This document shows positions 1-8,567 of a stretch of 51,946 bases of DNA, in pieces. A program made the position numbers and the translations under genes. Position 1 is the stretch's first letter; every line of letters starts with the position of its first letter. The notes below the pieces were generated by a model that was not told the DNA's origin, did no database searches, and was given only the letters and a program-made list of their open reading frames with translations. The DNA comes from a virus (taxonomy: Duplodnaviria; Heunggongvirae; Uroviricota; Caudoviricetes): IMG/VR virus record IMGVR_UViG_3300044259_000172; one strand, given 5' to 3'.

Positions 1-335
1 TCAGCTATATGGAATACTTTTCCCTTTGATCCAAAACTATAATCTTCAATTGCAAAATTGACTTCTTCAAAAGAAGAAATCAAACCATCTCTTTTAAAGC
101 TTTCTAGTATTCCTACAAAGCCTTGAGCCAATTGAAAATAACGATTTTGTTGATCTTTACCTCCCCATGAAGGATACATTTTAATTTCGATATCAAAAAG
201 ATTTTCATCATTGAATTTATGAGTTATTTTTTTATCTGATGAAAATGCGAAACATTTAAAAGTTTCTCCATCTGAAACGGTCATAGCTGGAGAACTTAAA
301 GAATAATCGAATGAAATATATTGAATTTTGTTCAT
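1..335 (-). CDS. RuvC-like/resolvase-like nuclease of T4-like phages (runs off the window start, partial)
   Basis: Hand translation: MNKIQYISFDYSLSSPAM...FAIEDYSFGSKGKVFHIAE. The N-terminal hhhD-x-S-x-x-x-P and AIE-x-YSF-GSKG motifs resemble RuvC-like proteins. Confidence 0.55.
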   Translation of the reverse strand, partial: MNKIQYISFDYSLSSPAMTVSDGETFKCFAFSSDKKITHKFNDENLFDIEIKMYPSWGGKDQQNRYFQLAQGFVGILESFKRDGLISSFEEVNFAIEDYSFGSKGKVFHIA

Positions 336-366
336 AATTAACTACTTTCTTATAGGAATATTTTAA

Positions 367-573
367 ATGAAAACTTTTGAAGAATATAAATCTGGATGGG
401 AAATTGGTTCCAGAAAACATAATGGATCTAGTGATATTATTTATTATGCCGTACCAAAGGATACAATAGATCCAATTGGGAAGAGAATTACTGCAGGAAG
501 CTTTGAAATGCTAGACTGGATTATGGAAATGAATTATAAGGATGAAATAAAAGATGCCCACCTATACGTATAG
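367..573 (+). CDS. Hypothetical protein with a T4 internal-protein-like N-terminus (MKTFEEY)
   Basis: ORF with upstream GGA; the N-terminus resembles T4 capsid-targeting sequences. Confidence 0.5.
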   Translation: MKTFEEYKSGWEIGSRKHNGSSDIIYYAVPKDTIDPIGKRITAGSFEMLDWIMEMNYKDEIKDAHLYV

Positions 574-769
574 AAATACTGAAACTGGAGAAGAATGGAC
601 AGAAATTAGAAAAATTTCTGAATCGAAAGATGGAATCGATGGAGTAAAAATTATCCAAGTTATTGGAACTCCTAGAATGACTGATCCTTCTCTCTCAACA
701 AAAAGAGCTCAAGATTTTTATGACAAAGTAATTGCTCCTAAAAAGAAATTTTATAAGGATTTAGTTTAA
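554..769 (+). CDS. FmdB-like small regulatory protein
   Basis: MPTYTYRNTETGEEW start is typical of the FmdB-like family in T4-like phages (here without the Cys). Confidence 0.55.
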   Translation: MPTYTYRNTETGEEWTEIRKISESKDGIDGVKIIQVIGTPRMTDPSLSTKRAQDFYDKVIAPKKKFYKDLV

Positions 770-942
770 ATGGGATCTATTATGGACCAAGAACGTCCTT
801 GGAATAAGGAAGGATATAATGAAAATCCTTCTTATCTTACTCTTGAAGAAGAAATGAAAAGATTGAGAGAATATATTATTTCATCTTCAAAGACCCCACA
901 AATGTGGAATCTTTCTTTTAATTCTAAAGAGAAAAATTCAAA

Positions 943-1176
943 ATGACGGATTTTATTAACGAGATTTACGATCAAGAAATGATCAATTTTATTAGAAAAG
1001 AGACAATCTCAGAAATTACTCGAGGAATTCTTGAAGTTCAGCCTCTTTATAACAATCCTGAAATCAGAGAAGCTATGTCAACCATTTTTAAAGCTGGAAC
1101 TGATACTCAGAAACTTATAGATGATGGATATGAGCCTGTATCTAATCTTGGACTTCTTTGGATAAAAAGTGAATAA
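943..1176 (+). CDS. Hypothetical protein
   Basis: ORF in the same strand and operon as its neighbours. Confidence 0.5.
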   Translation: MTDFINEIYDQEMINFIRKETISEITRGILEVQPLYNNPEIREAMSTIFKAGTDTQKLIDDGYEPVSNLGLLWIKSE

Positions 1177-1804
1177 TCCTACATATGAAAGACTTGAAAA
1201 TGAAACTGGCAGATATTATGACTGCGGTAATGGAAAATGGTATCCATCCGTTACAACAATGCTTGGAAAAGTTATGGACCATACCGGTCTTGATATCTGG
1301 AGGAATAGAGTCGGTGAAGTACAAGCAGACAAAATTACAAAACAATCCTCAGATAGAGGAACAGAACTCCACGACTACATAGAACATTATTTGAAAAATG
1401 AGCCATTTTCTCCTAAATTTCCTATGGTTAAATGGATGTTTACTGCAATTAAAAAAGATTTAGATCTTATCACAAATATAAAAGGCCTTGAGCTTAGAAT
1501 GCATTCAGATAAGCTCAAATTAGCAGGAACAACGGATTGTGTAGGAGAATATAAAGGTTTAAAATCTATTATAGACTTTAAAAATTCTAATAGAATGAAA
1601 ACTAAGGATGAAATTCTTGGATATTTTATTCAAACTACAATTTATTCTATAATGTACTATGAAAGATATGGTTTACTTTACCCTAATCTTGTTATAATAA
1701 TGGCTACTGAACAAAATAAAGGTCTAATTTTTGTAGATCATATCAAAAATTATATGGACCTAACTTTAAAATTAGTAAAAGAATTTCATAATAATGGACA
1801 TTAA
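1169..1804 (+). CDS. PD-(D/E)XK exonuclease (Cas4/RecB-like phage exonuclease)
   Basis: YPSVTT, RGTELH, LAGTTDCV, IIDFKNS and Q-x-x-x-Y motifs. Confidence 0.8.
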   Translation: MNNPTYERLENETGRYYDCGNGKWYPSVTTMLGKVMDHTGLDIWRNRVGEVQADKITKQSSDRGTELHDYIEHYLKNEPFSPKFPMVKWMFTAIKKDLDLITNIKGLELRMHSDKLKLAGTTDCVGEYKGLKSIIDFKNSNRMKTKDEILGYFIQTTIYSIMYYERYGLLYPNLVIIMATEQNKGLIFVDHIKNYMDLTLKLVKEFHNNGH

Positions 1805-2024
1805 AACAAAATTTTCTATAGAAATAGAGAAATATAAGGCATTGTCTCCCGATGTTTCTTTTATCGAAATAATTGTAGAATACTGTGAAAAGAATGAAAT
1901 TGATCTTACGAATGTTCCTAAATTTCTTTCTCCATCTTTAAAACAGAAAATTGCAAGAGAATCTTCGGAAAGAAATTTAATTGAAAATTTTTCAGAATAT
2001 TATGCAATGGACAATTATCTATGA
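1794..2024 (+). CDS. 33: Late transcription coactivator gp33
   Basis: FS.EIE...IEIIVEYCEKNEID..VPKFLSPSLKQKI pattern; next to gp59/gp32. Confidence 0.8.
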   Translation: MDIKTKFSIEIEKYKALSPDVSFIEIIVEYCEKNEIDLTNVPKFLSPSLKQKIARESSERNLIENFSEYYAMDNYL

Positions 2025-2629
2025 TTGAAAAGGCTTGGAGATATTATCTGATTTATAAAGGATTAAATCTTCATTATAAAGAAAATTCAAAATATGATTA
2101 TTCCAAATATGGTCCTTTAACAAAAGGATCTGATCCGGAGAAATTTGAAGTATCTGCTGATAGATTTCCATTTCTAAAATTAGCTTCATCTTTCAAAGAT
2201 GAAAAGCACTATTTAGACTATTTACATTGGATAGCCTGGAAAGACGGAAAACTTCCTTATTTTAGAGATCTTTCTAATGAAAATGATATAAGAAATTTCA
2301 AAAATGATTTTTTAAAATATAAATTGAATATAACATATCATTTTAGTGTATTTTTGGAACAATTTGATGTATCTTATTTAAAGACTAATGGAATAGATCA
2401 TCCAAAAGTATTAGATGACCTCTTTAGAGGAGATTTACATTTAGATTTTTATCTTATCTTAGATAAAACTTTCAAACTTACTGAAAAATATTTAGAAATA
2501 TTTAAGAATGATCTTCTTCTCCATGATAAAATGAATAAATATAAAAGATATCGACAAGTTTCAAACCTTGTCGATATCGAAAAATTATACAAACTGATAT
2601 TAAAACATATGAAAAAGGATAAAAAATAA
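2021..2629 (+). CDS. 59: Helicase loader gp59-like
   Basis: AWRYYL.YKGLNLHY...YDYSKYG N-terminus, about 200 aa, between gp33 and gp32. Confidence 0.65.
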   Translation: MIEKAWRYYLIYKGLNLHYKENSKYDYSKYGPLTKGSDPEKFEVSADRFPFLKLASSFKDEKHYLDYLHWIAWKDGKLPYFRDLSNENDIRNFKNDFLKYKLNITYHFSVFLEQFDVSYLKTNGIDHPKVLDDLFRGDLHLDFYLILDKTFKLTEKYLEIFKNDLLLHDKMNKYKRYRQVSNLVDIEKLYKLILKHMKKDKK

Positions 2630-2630
2630 T

Positions 2631-3563
2631 ATGGCAACATCATTCGCAGACCTTAAGAAGAATTCAAAGAATTCAGTGTCTGATCTTCAAAAAAATCTAG
2701 AAGCTTCACAAAAGAAATCCTTTAAAAAGGATGAACGTTATTGGGTTCCAACAAAGGATGATAACGGAAATGCTTTGGCTATCATTCGTTTCCTTCCTGC
2801 CCCACAAGGTGAAGATCTTCCTTATGTAACATATTTTGATCATTCATTCAAGGTCGAAAATAGATATTACATTAATCGTTCTAGAACATCACTCGGTAAA
2901 GATGAACGAGATCCTGTTGCAGAAAGCAATAAAGCTCTTTGGGATTCAGGTGATGAGATGAAGAAGGATTTGGCTAGAGAACGTAAGCGTAAACTCCATT
3001 ACGTATCTAATATCTTAGTAATCAAAGACACAGGAAATCCAGAAAATAATGGTAAAGTATTTCTTTATGATTATGGCATGAAGATTTTTGGTAAAATTAA
3101 AGATCAGGCTCAACCAGATCTTGAAGAAGATACTCCATATGATATCTTTAATCTATTTGAAGGAAAGAATTTCCGTCTGAAGATTAAGAAACAGGGGGAA
3201 TTTCCTAATTATGATGATTCCGCATTTCAAGATGTTTCCGCACTCGCAGGTGGAGATGAAGAAAAGATGGAAGAAATTTGGAATAAGTGTTATTCACTAG
3301 AAGCAGAAATTGCTGCTGATAAGTTCCTTCCTTATGAAGAATTGAAAAAGAAGCTTGATTATGTTCTCTATGGCAATTCATCTTCTAAGTCAGCAGAAGA
3401 AAAGATTAATGAAGATCTTGGAAGTAATGAAGATTTAGAAATTGACTTGATTGATAAGAATATTTCTAAGGAAAAAACTTCAAAGAAATCTAAGGTAGAT
3501 GAAGATGAAGACTTCACTTTAGATATGTCAGATTTCAAACTTGATGATGACATTCCATTTTAA
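2631..3563 (+). CDS. 32: ssDNA-binding protein gp32
   Basis: DERYW.P.KD..GNA.AIIRFLP, YVSNILVIKD, GKNFRLKIKK and an acidic tail. Confidence 0.95.
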   Translation: MATSFADLKKNSKNSVSDLQKNLEASQKKSFKKDERYWVPTKDDNGNALAIIRFLPAPQGEDLPYVTYFDHSFKVENRYYINRSRTSLGKDERDPVAESNKALWDSGDEMKKDLARERKRKLHYVSNILVIKDTGNPENNGKVFLYDYGMKIFGKIKDQAQPDLEEDTPYDIFNLFEGKNFRLKIKKQGEFPNYDDSAFQDVSALAGGDEEKMEEIWNKCYSLEAEIAADKFLPYEELKKKLDYVLYGNSSSKSAEEKINEDLGSNEDLEIDLIDKNISKEKTSKKSKVDEDEDFTLDMSDFKLDDDIPF

Positions 3564-3565
3564 TG

Positions 3566-3591
3566 AAAAAGGGAGCTTTTAGCTCCCTTTT
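3566..3591. terminator. Bidirectional rho-independent terminator
   Basis: AAAAA-GGGAGC-TTTTA-GCTCCC-TTTT between convergent genes. Confidence 0.9.
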
Positions 3592-3594
3592 ATT

Positions 3595-5538
3595 TTATCT
3601 AAAACTTCCCAATCCTGAATTTATAACTTGATTAGTTCCAAATGCTGAATTATCATTATTTCTAGTTGTAGGAAGATTTCCAATAGAAATTTTTGCAGTA
3701 TTATTAGAATTTGAATTTACTACCGAATTATTAGTTCTAGAATAATCTGAATTTGAAGAAGATGTATTAGTATTATTCACTACTGAATTATCTACTTTTT
3801 GGTCATAAATTCTGTCTATAGCTTCATTCTTATTTTTAATTTGATCTGATGAAATTTTATCTAAGTAATCATTCAATTTCTTAGTATCTTCATCAAGTTT
3901 AGGCTTATCTCCGAAATCTGGAGTTTTATAAACACTGACCGGAACATTCACTTCTGCCCCATTAGGTAGAGTCGCTTTCATAGTCTTTGTGTCTATTACA
4001 TCTTTATCTTCTACTTTTTTTCCTGTCCAATAATCAAAGGAAAATAAATTTTTAACAAAATCCTTTGCCTTATCATATAATCCATCAACAGCATCTTTGA
4101 ATATTTTCTTCATAGAATCAAATGAGAATGAAGCTAATTCTTTAGCAGAATCTGTTAACCAATTAACAAATCCCATAACCCAATCTCTCATTTCACCTAC
4201 TTTACCGGTAAATGCTATCCATTTTTCTCCTAAATAATCTGAAATCCCTTGGATAAATTTTGCAATTTTTTCTCCTCCGAACCATCCTAAAATTGCTCCG
4301 AAAGCCCCTCCGACAAGTCCTCCTACTAAAGTTCCGATAACAGGAACTACTGATCCAATACCTGCTCCAATAAGAGCCCATTTTCCTCCATTTTTAATAG
4401 TTCCCCAAACTCCTTTATCAAGTCCTCCTAATAATCCTCCTACAAATCCTGCAATTTTTGAAACCCCCCAAGCATCAGCTGAAAACCATCCTGCTATACC
4501 ATCTTTAATTGCCATATAAAGGCCGGTAGCTAATCCTAAAATAGGTATAGATTTTGCAATTGTAGAACTTACACTAGAAAGTATTCCAACTATTGTTGTG
4601 GTTATAGTTCCTAATATTCCTCTTATTCCTAATAAAAGAGGAAGCCCGAAAGATGACTTTTCCTTCTTTGTGTCAGGAATTTTATCATCTTTTTCTACTT
4701 TTATAGAATTAAGAAAATCTTCAGAATTTTCCTTTTTAATTTTGCTTTTCTTTAAAGATGAGTCTTCCTTAAAGTATTTTGTAATAGTCTTAGAAATGGT
4801 ATCTAAAGATTTTGAAATTTTTTGTAAAACTGGTATTTGTTTTTTTTCAGTCGACAAATCCTTTTCAACTATTAAAGACTTTGGAAATTCTAATTTTGGA
4901 GAATTATTTGGAGCTATTAAATTATTCACTCCCAAAGGTGTAAGAGAAGTTTCTAATTTAGACTTTTCTGAAACATCTTCAGGTTTAGATTTTTCTCCCA
5001 TATCAGGAATATGAATTTCTGGGTGTTCAATTTTTTCAGAAGAATTGGATTCTTCCTTTTCTTCTTCCTTTTCTTTGGGCTCTACATACTTTTCATTTGT
5101 AAGAATTCTCTCAATGATTGTTGTTCTTATTTGTCCTTTTAATTCTTTTTCTTTATCAGAAACAGATTTACCAAAGATTCTATCTCTAATAGAATCTTTG
5201 AGAGTATCAGTCAAATTGTCAAGAAGCTTATCTCTATTTCTGATAGCAAAGTCTAATTTACCCAAAATCCCTGTTCTAAGAGTTTCGTCAAATAATCTTT
5301 TCTGTTCTTTCAGAAATTCTTCGTTTTTCTTCTTTTCTTCTTTTTCTCTTTTCTCTTCTAATTTTTTTTCTTCAGCAAGTCTTTTATCAGCAGCCTTTTG
5401 ATCTTTACTTTTCTGCTTAAGATCTTCTTCATGGCGCTTGTTTTCCTCAGCCCTTTGGGCTTCCAATTGATCTGGAGAAATATAAACCTCAGTAGCTTCT
5501 GGGTTTCTTTTGATTATTGGGAAAGGAAATATTGCCAT
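3595..5538 (-). CDS. Tape-measure/baseplate-hub-like tail protein
   Basis: 647 aa with a charged helical N-terminus and Gly-rich hydrophobic stretches (GLLGG...GAGIGSVVPVIGTLVGG); follows gp26/gp51 as in other T4-like phages. Confidence 0.6.
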   Translation of the reverse strand: MAIFPFPIIKRNPEATEVYISPDQLEAQRAEENKRHEEDLKQKSKDQKAADKRLAEEKKLEEKREKEEKKKNEEFLKEQKRLFDETLRTGILGKLDFAIRNRDKLLDNLTDTLKDSIRDRIFGKSVSDKEKELKGQIRTTIIERILTNEKYVEPKEKEEEKEESNSSEKIEHPEIHIPDMGEKSKPEDVSEKSKLETSLTPLGVNNLIAPNNSPKLEFPKSLIVEKDLSTEKKQIPVLQKISKSLDTISKTITKYFKEDSSLKKSKIKKENSEDFLNSIKVEKDDKIPDTKKEKSSFGLPLLLGIRGILGTITTTIVGILSSVSSTIAKSIPILGLATGLYMAIKDGIAGWFSADAWGVSKIAGFVGGLLGGLDKGVWGTIKNGGKWALIGAGIGSVVPVIGTLVGGLVGGAFGAILGWFGGEKIAKFIQGISDYLGEKWIAFTGKVGEMRDWVMGFVNWLTDSAKELASFSFDSMKKIFKDAVDGLYDKAKDFVKNLFSFDYWTGKKVEDKDVIDTKTMKATLPNGAEVNVPVSVYKTPDFGDKPKLDEDTKKLNDYLDKISSDQIKNKNEAIDRIYDQKVDNSVVNNTNTSSSNSDYSRTNNSVVNSNSNNTAKISIGNLPTTRNNDNSAFGTNQVINSGLGSFR

Positions 5539-5544
5539 TATAAA

Positions 5545-5889
5545 TTATTTTTCGTCACTGTTATTTTGTTGAGATGAATTACTTTCATCTGAAGGAGATG
5601 GAGAATTATTACTAATTATTCCATTATCTATAAGAGATCTATCAAGGCCTGTTTCCTGATTTTTTCTATTGATATCATCCCACGTCGCAAATCCAATATA
5701 TGATGCTATAATAGAACCAGACATAGCAAAAAATGTACTAATCAGCGAAATGTATTGTTCTATATTTTGTGCATATAGAACAATATATGAAATTAAAATA
5801 TGATCGAAAATGAATGTGATCCAGGCCATCCATCTTCTATTTCTCCATTTTATTGAAATCTGCTCATGAGTTTCAGGTCCCTTTAACAT
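5545..5889 (-). CDS. Two-TM membrane protein, holin-like
   Basis: WRNRRWMAW followed by two hydrophobic helices and a polar C-tail. Confidence 0.45.
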   Translation of the reverse strand: MLKGPETHEQISIKWRNRRWMAWITFIFDHILISYIVLYAQNIEQYISLISTFFAMSGSIIASYIGFATWDDINRKNQETGLDRSLIDNGIISNNSPSPSDESNSSQQNNSDEK

Positions 5890-6062
5890 TACTGTCTATT
5901 ACTTCTTGCTTCTTTTTCTCGTAAATGTATTTCAAGCATTGTCATATGGTAATCTAATTGCCATGGGATTAATTGCTCAATCGATTCATAAGTCCAGTTA
6001 AATTCTACATTCAATAGAAATTTTAATTTGAGTATAGCTGCTAGCTCGTTATGAGCTAGCAT
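5889..6062 (-). CDS. 51: Baseplate hub assembly protein gp51-like (57 aa, absent from the ORF track)
   Basis: Hand translation MLAHNELAAILKLKFLLNVEFNWTYESIEQLIPWQLDYHMTMLEIHLREKEARSNRQ; IE.LIPW motif; TAATG coupling at both ends. Confidence 0.7.
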   Translation of the reverse strand: MLAHNELAAILKLKFLLNVEFNWTYESIEQLIPWQLDYHMTMLEIHLREKEARSNRQ

Positions 6063-6763
6063 TAAGTAAAAAAAGTTTCAAATTCCTTAAATTCCATATC
6101 AATGTCTTTACCACATTCAATACATTTTTCATTGACCTGTAATCTCATTGATGGCATTCCTTTAATGAATTCAAAAACTTTTACTAATTTATCTTTAGTT
6201 AAAGATGACAACCATTCGTCAAGTTCTTCATCTGTAGAATCTTCAAATGTATAATTATTCTCTCCAACTGTTATTGAGTCAATACAAATTCGGAGAATAC
6301 TTTTTTGCTCAGTTGATCTCAAAGTGCTTAGAAATTCAAATGTAGGATATTTCATATGAAGTACAACTGTTTCCCCTGTGCCTTCCTCTTGCCCTAATTC
6401 AATATTAGGATCCTTTTTATCTCCATCATAAATATAAGCTTTAGAAAGATCTAATTCTACGGGGGTATGTTTTCCACAATCACATTTAATTTTAACTTTA
6501 GAAATATTTCCAACTGAAGCAATTCTTGCGCTTAAAAGTAAATGTTCAACTTCATATATAGGAAGAGTTCTAATATCAATTTTAGAAATGACAATATTCT
6601 GAAGAACTTCTAAAACGGTATTAACTATGATTTCATTATCACCAGATTCCTTTGCTTCTAAAAGGGATTGTTCATCTCCAACTTTAAAAGCTCTAAAATT
6701 AATTTTCTTTCCATTTAGTGTTTTAAATGTATGGACTGTGGATGCGATTTTTGGTAATGCCAT
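6062..6763 (-). CDS. 26: Baseplate hub subunit gp26
   Basis: MALPKI, FRAFKVGDEQSLL, E.LLL.ARIASVG, CxCG, MKYPT. Confidence 0.85.
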   Translation of the reverse strand: MALPKIASTVHTFKTLNGKKINFRAFKVGDEQSLLEAKESGDNEIIVNTVLEVLQNIVISKIDIRTLPIYEVEHLLLSARIASVGNISKVKIKCDCGKHTPVELDLSKAYIYDGDKKDPNIELGQEEGTGETVVLHMKYPTFEFLSTLRSTEQKSILRICIDSITVGENNYTFEDSTDEELDEWLSSLTKDKLVKVFEFIKGMPSMRLQVNEKCIECGKDIDMEFKEFETFFT

Positions 6764-6764
6764 T

Positions 6765-7292
6765 TTATGTTAAATCCTTATATTTTCTGTATGCTATAGA
6801 AACGCTTAAATCAGTAATATTATTTTCCATATCAGATCCTACATTGATTTCATTTACACTGATAGGAAATGATTCATATAAAAGATATGATTTTAAAACT
6901 GTATTATTTCTATTAAGTTGTGATATAATCATTGATCCTACAAAATCATCATAATAATTTAAAGTGTTTGTAGTATCATTGTAAGCCATATTCAACCATT
7001 CATCGAAAAACTTTTTTTCTCTATGATCAGCAGATAAATGAAACGTTAAATTAATTGGAGAGTAAGTAAACCCTAAAGGCATTTGTCTTCCAATATAACC
7101 ATCTGAATTATATGCCTGAGACTCTAAAGTTTTCCCTGGAAAACTTGCACTTTTACAATTTAGGCATATTCCCTCAAGATTATAAGAATCGATAGTAATA
7201 CCATCTGGAGGGGTCATCTCTAATGAATAAAGGTTTGGTCTCGCAAACCCCTTTGAATTTGTTATAGATGATAAAAAATCGCTTACTCTCAT
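6765..7292 (-). CDS. Tail tube initiator/tube-like protein (gp54-like)
   Basis: GFARPNLY, C.SASFPG, FFDEW, YESFPISV; gp19/gp54 fold signature. Confidence 0.8.
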   Translation of the reverse strand: MRVSDFLSSITNSKGFARPNLYSLEMTPPDGITIDSYNLEGICLNCKSASFPGKTLESQAYNSDGYIGRQMPLGFTYSPINLTFHLSADHREKKFFDEWLNMAYNDTTNTLNYYDDFVGSMIISQLNRNNTVLKSYLLYESFPISVNEINVGSDMENNITDLSVSIAYRKYKDLT

Positions 7293-7302
7293 ATTCTATT
7301 TA

Positions 7303-7815
7303 TTACGACAAAAGAAATTTTGTTCTACCTGATAGAGATTTAACATTATGAGCCCTAAGTTTCCAAGCCATATTTTCCCATGTTTCCCAAAAAATTTTTC
7401 CTTCTATCCATTTTTCAACATTATCTATATGCCCCATATCAGGATCCATAGGAATTCCTGCCAATGTAATATCATTAGATTTTAAAACTTCAATAGCATA
7501 TTTTACCGCATATAGTCCTGATGATCCTGAACTTTCTTGTCCATCAAACAGATAAGGAAATTCTTCATCAATTTCATAATTGATTTTACTTCCTAAAGAA
7601 TTCATAAATTTGTTAAATGTTATAACTTTAGCATTCATAGGTTTATTAGGAGACCACAATTTTAATTTTTCGGGGTGTAATGTTATCCAAATATCAGCTC
7701 CAGGAAAAAGATTAAATGCTTTATTTACTGCAATTACTTTATCAAATGATTTGATATCAATTTGTTTGATATCATCCATGACACATTCAGCTGAACCTAT
7801 AATTAATACTTTCAT
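7303..7815 (-). CDS. MptE/DUF115-like (sialyltransferase-like Rossmann fold) protein
   Basis: VLIIGSA, VIAVN, SGSSGLYAV, ITLAGIPMD motifs. Confidence 0.55.
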   Translation of the reverse strand: MKVLIIGSAECVMDDIKQIDIKSFDKVIAVNKAFNLFPGADIWITLHPEKLKLWSPNKPMNAKVITFNKFMNSLGSKINYEIDEEFPYLFDGQESSGSSGLYAVKYAIEVLKSNDITLAGIPMDPDMGHIDNVEKWIEGKIFWETWENMAWKLRAHNVKSLSGRTKFLLS

Positions 7816-8417
7816 CTTTTATTTGCTTTCTTTTGAGTATCTCTCCAAACCTTTGAAGAAGTTGCTTTGACAAATTTTTCAATAGGAAGATATGCAACAT
7901 TTTCCCAGTTTTCTGCTTGAATTCTAACCACTTTAGATCTCATATGATTAAAAAGATATCTTTTAATTGCTACTCTAGCTACATCATATTTCGCCAAAGA
8001 TTTAACCATTTGATAATTTATATTTGCTTTAGTCTTATGGTCCCATTTCTTTGCAGTAATAGTAGCCAAAAGAGCTTTTATAAGTTTTATTCTTAAATCA
8101 TATGGTAAGTAATGAGTATTAATCCCTAAGAAACCATCTTCATAAATGTCTAATAAAATTACTAGAGGGGCAGTATCATAATATGCTAATGTATCTTTAT
8201 GTTTTGGATCATATCTCCAAAAATAAATCTGTCCCGGAATAAATTTAACAGTAGCTCTTCTATTTACAAGAACTAAATTAGGATCTAGGTTTTGATTATT
8301 AGTCTGTTCTCTTTGGGAAGCTCTTAAAGTACTTATAAACCATTTGATAGCTTCTCTTTGAGAGTCCATTAAAGTTTTTCTTTTAGCTTTTTTATTTGTT
8401 GAACGAATAGGTGCCAT
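7812..8417 (-). CDS. 2: DNA end protector gp2
   Basis: YDPKHKDTL.YYDT.PLV, GFLGINTHYLP, KRYL..H.RS. Confidence 0.9.
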   Translation of the reverse strand: MAPIRSTNKKAKRKTLMDSQREAIKWFISTLRASQREQTNNQNLDPNLVLVNRRATVKFIPGQIYFWRYDPKHKDTLAYYDTAPLVILLDIYEDGFLGINTHYLPYDLRIKLIKALLATITAKKWDHKTKANINYQMVKSLAKYDVARVAIKRYLFNHMRSKVVRIQAENWENVAYLPIEKFVKATSSKVWRDTQKKANKR

Positions 8418-8463
8418 AAGAATATTTATTATATTTTTGTTGTACTTAGGTGATCCTTTGGTA

Positions 8464-8537
8464 TATAAATATCTTATACTAAATAATTCAAATCATCGTT
8501 ACAACACGAAATGTGTCCTTTACAATAAAGGACACAT
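8464..8537 (+). promoter_or_regulatory. T4-type late promoter TATAAATA plus a 12-bp hairpin in the nrdJ leader
   Basis: TATAAATA at 8464-8471; ATGTGTCCTTTA-caa-TAAAGGACACAT at 8511-8537. Confidence 0.6.
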
Positions 8538-8567
8538 ACTTTACTTACACATAAAATACAGGAAATA

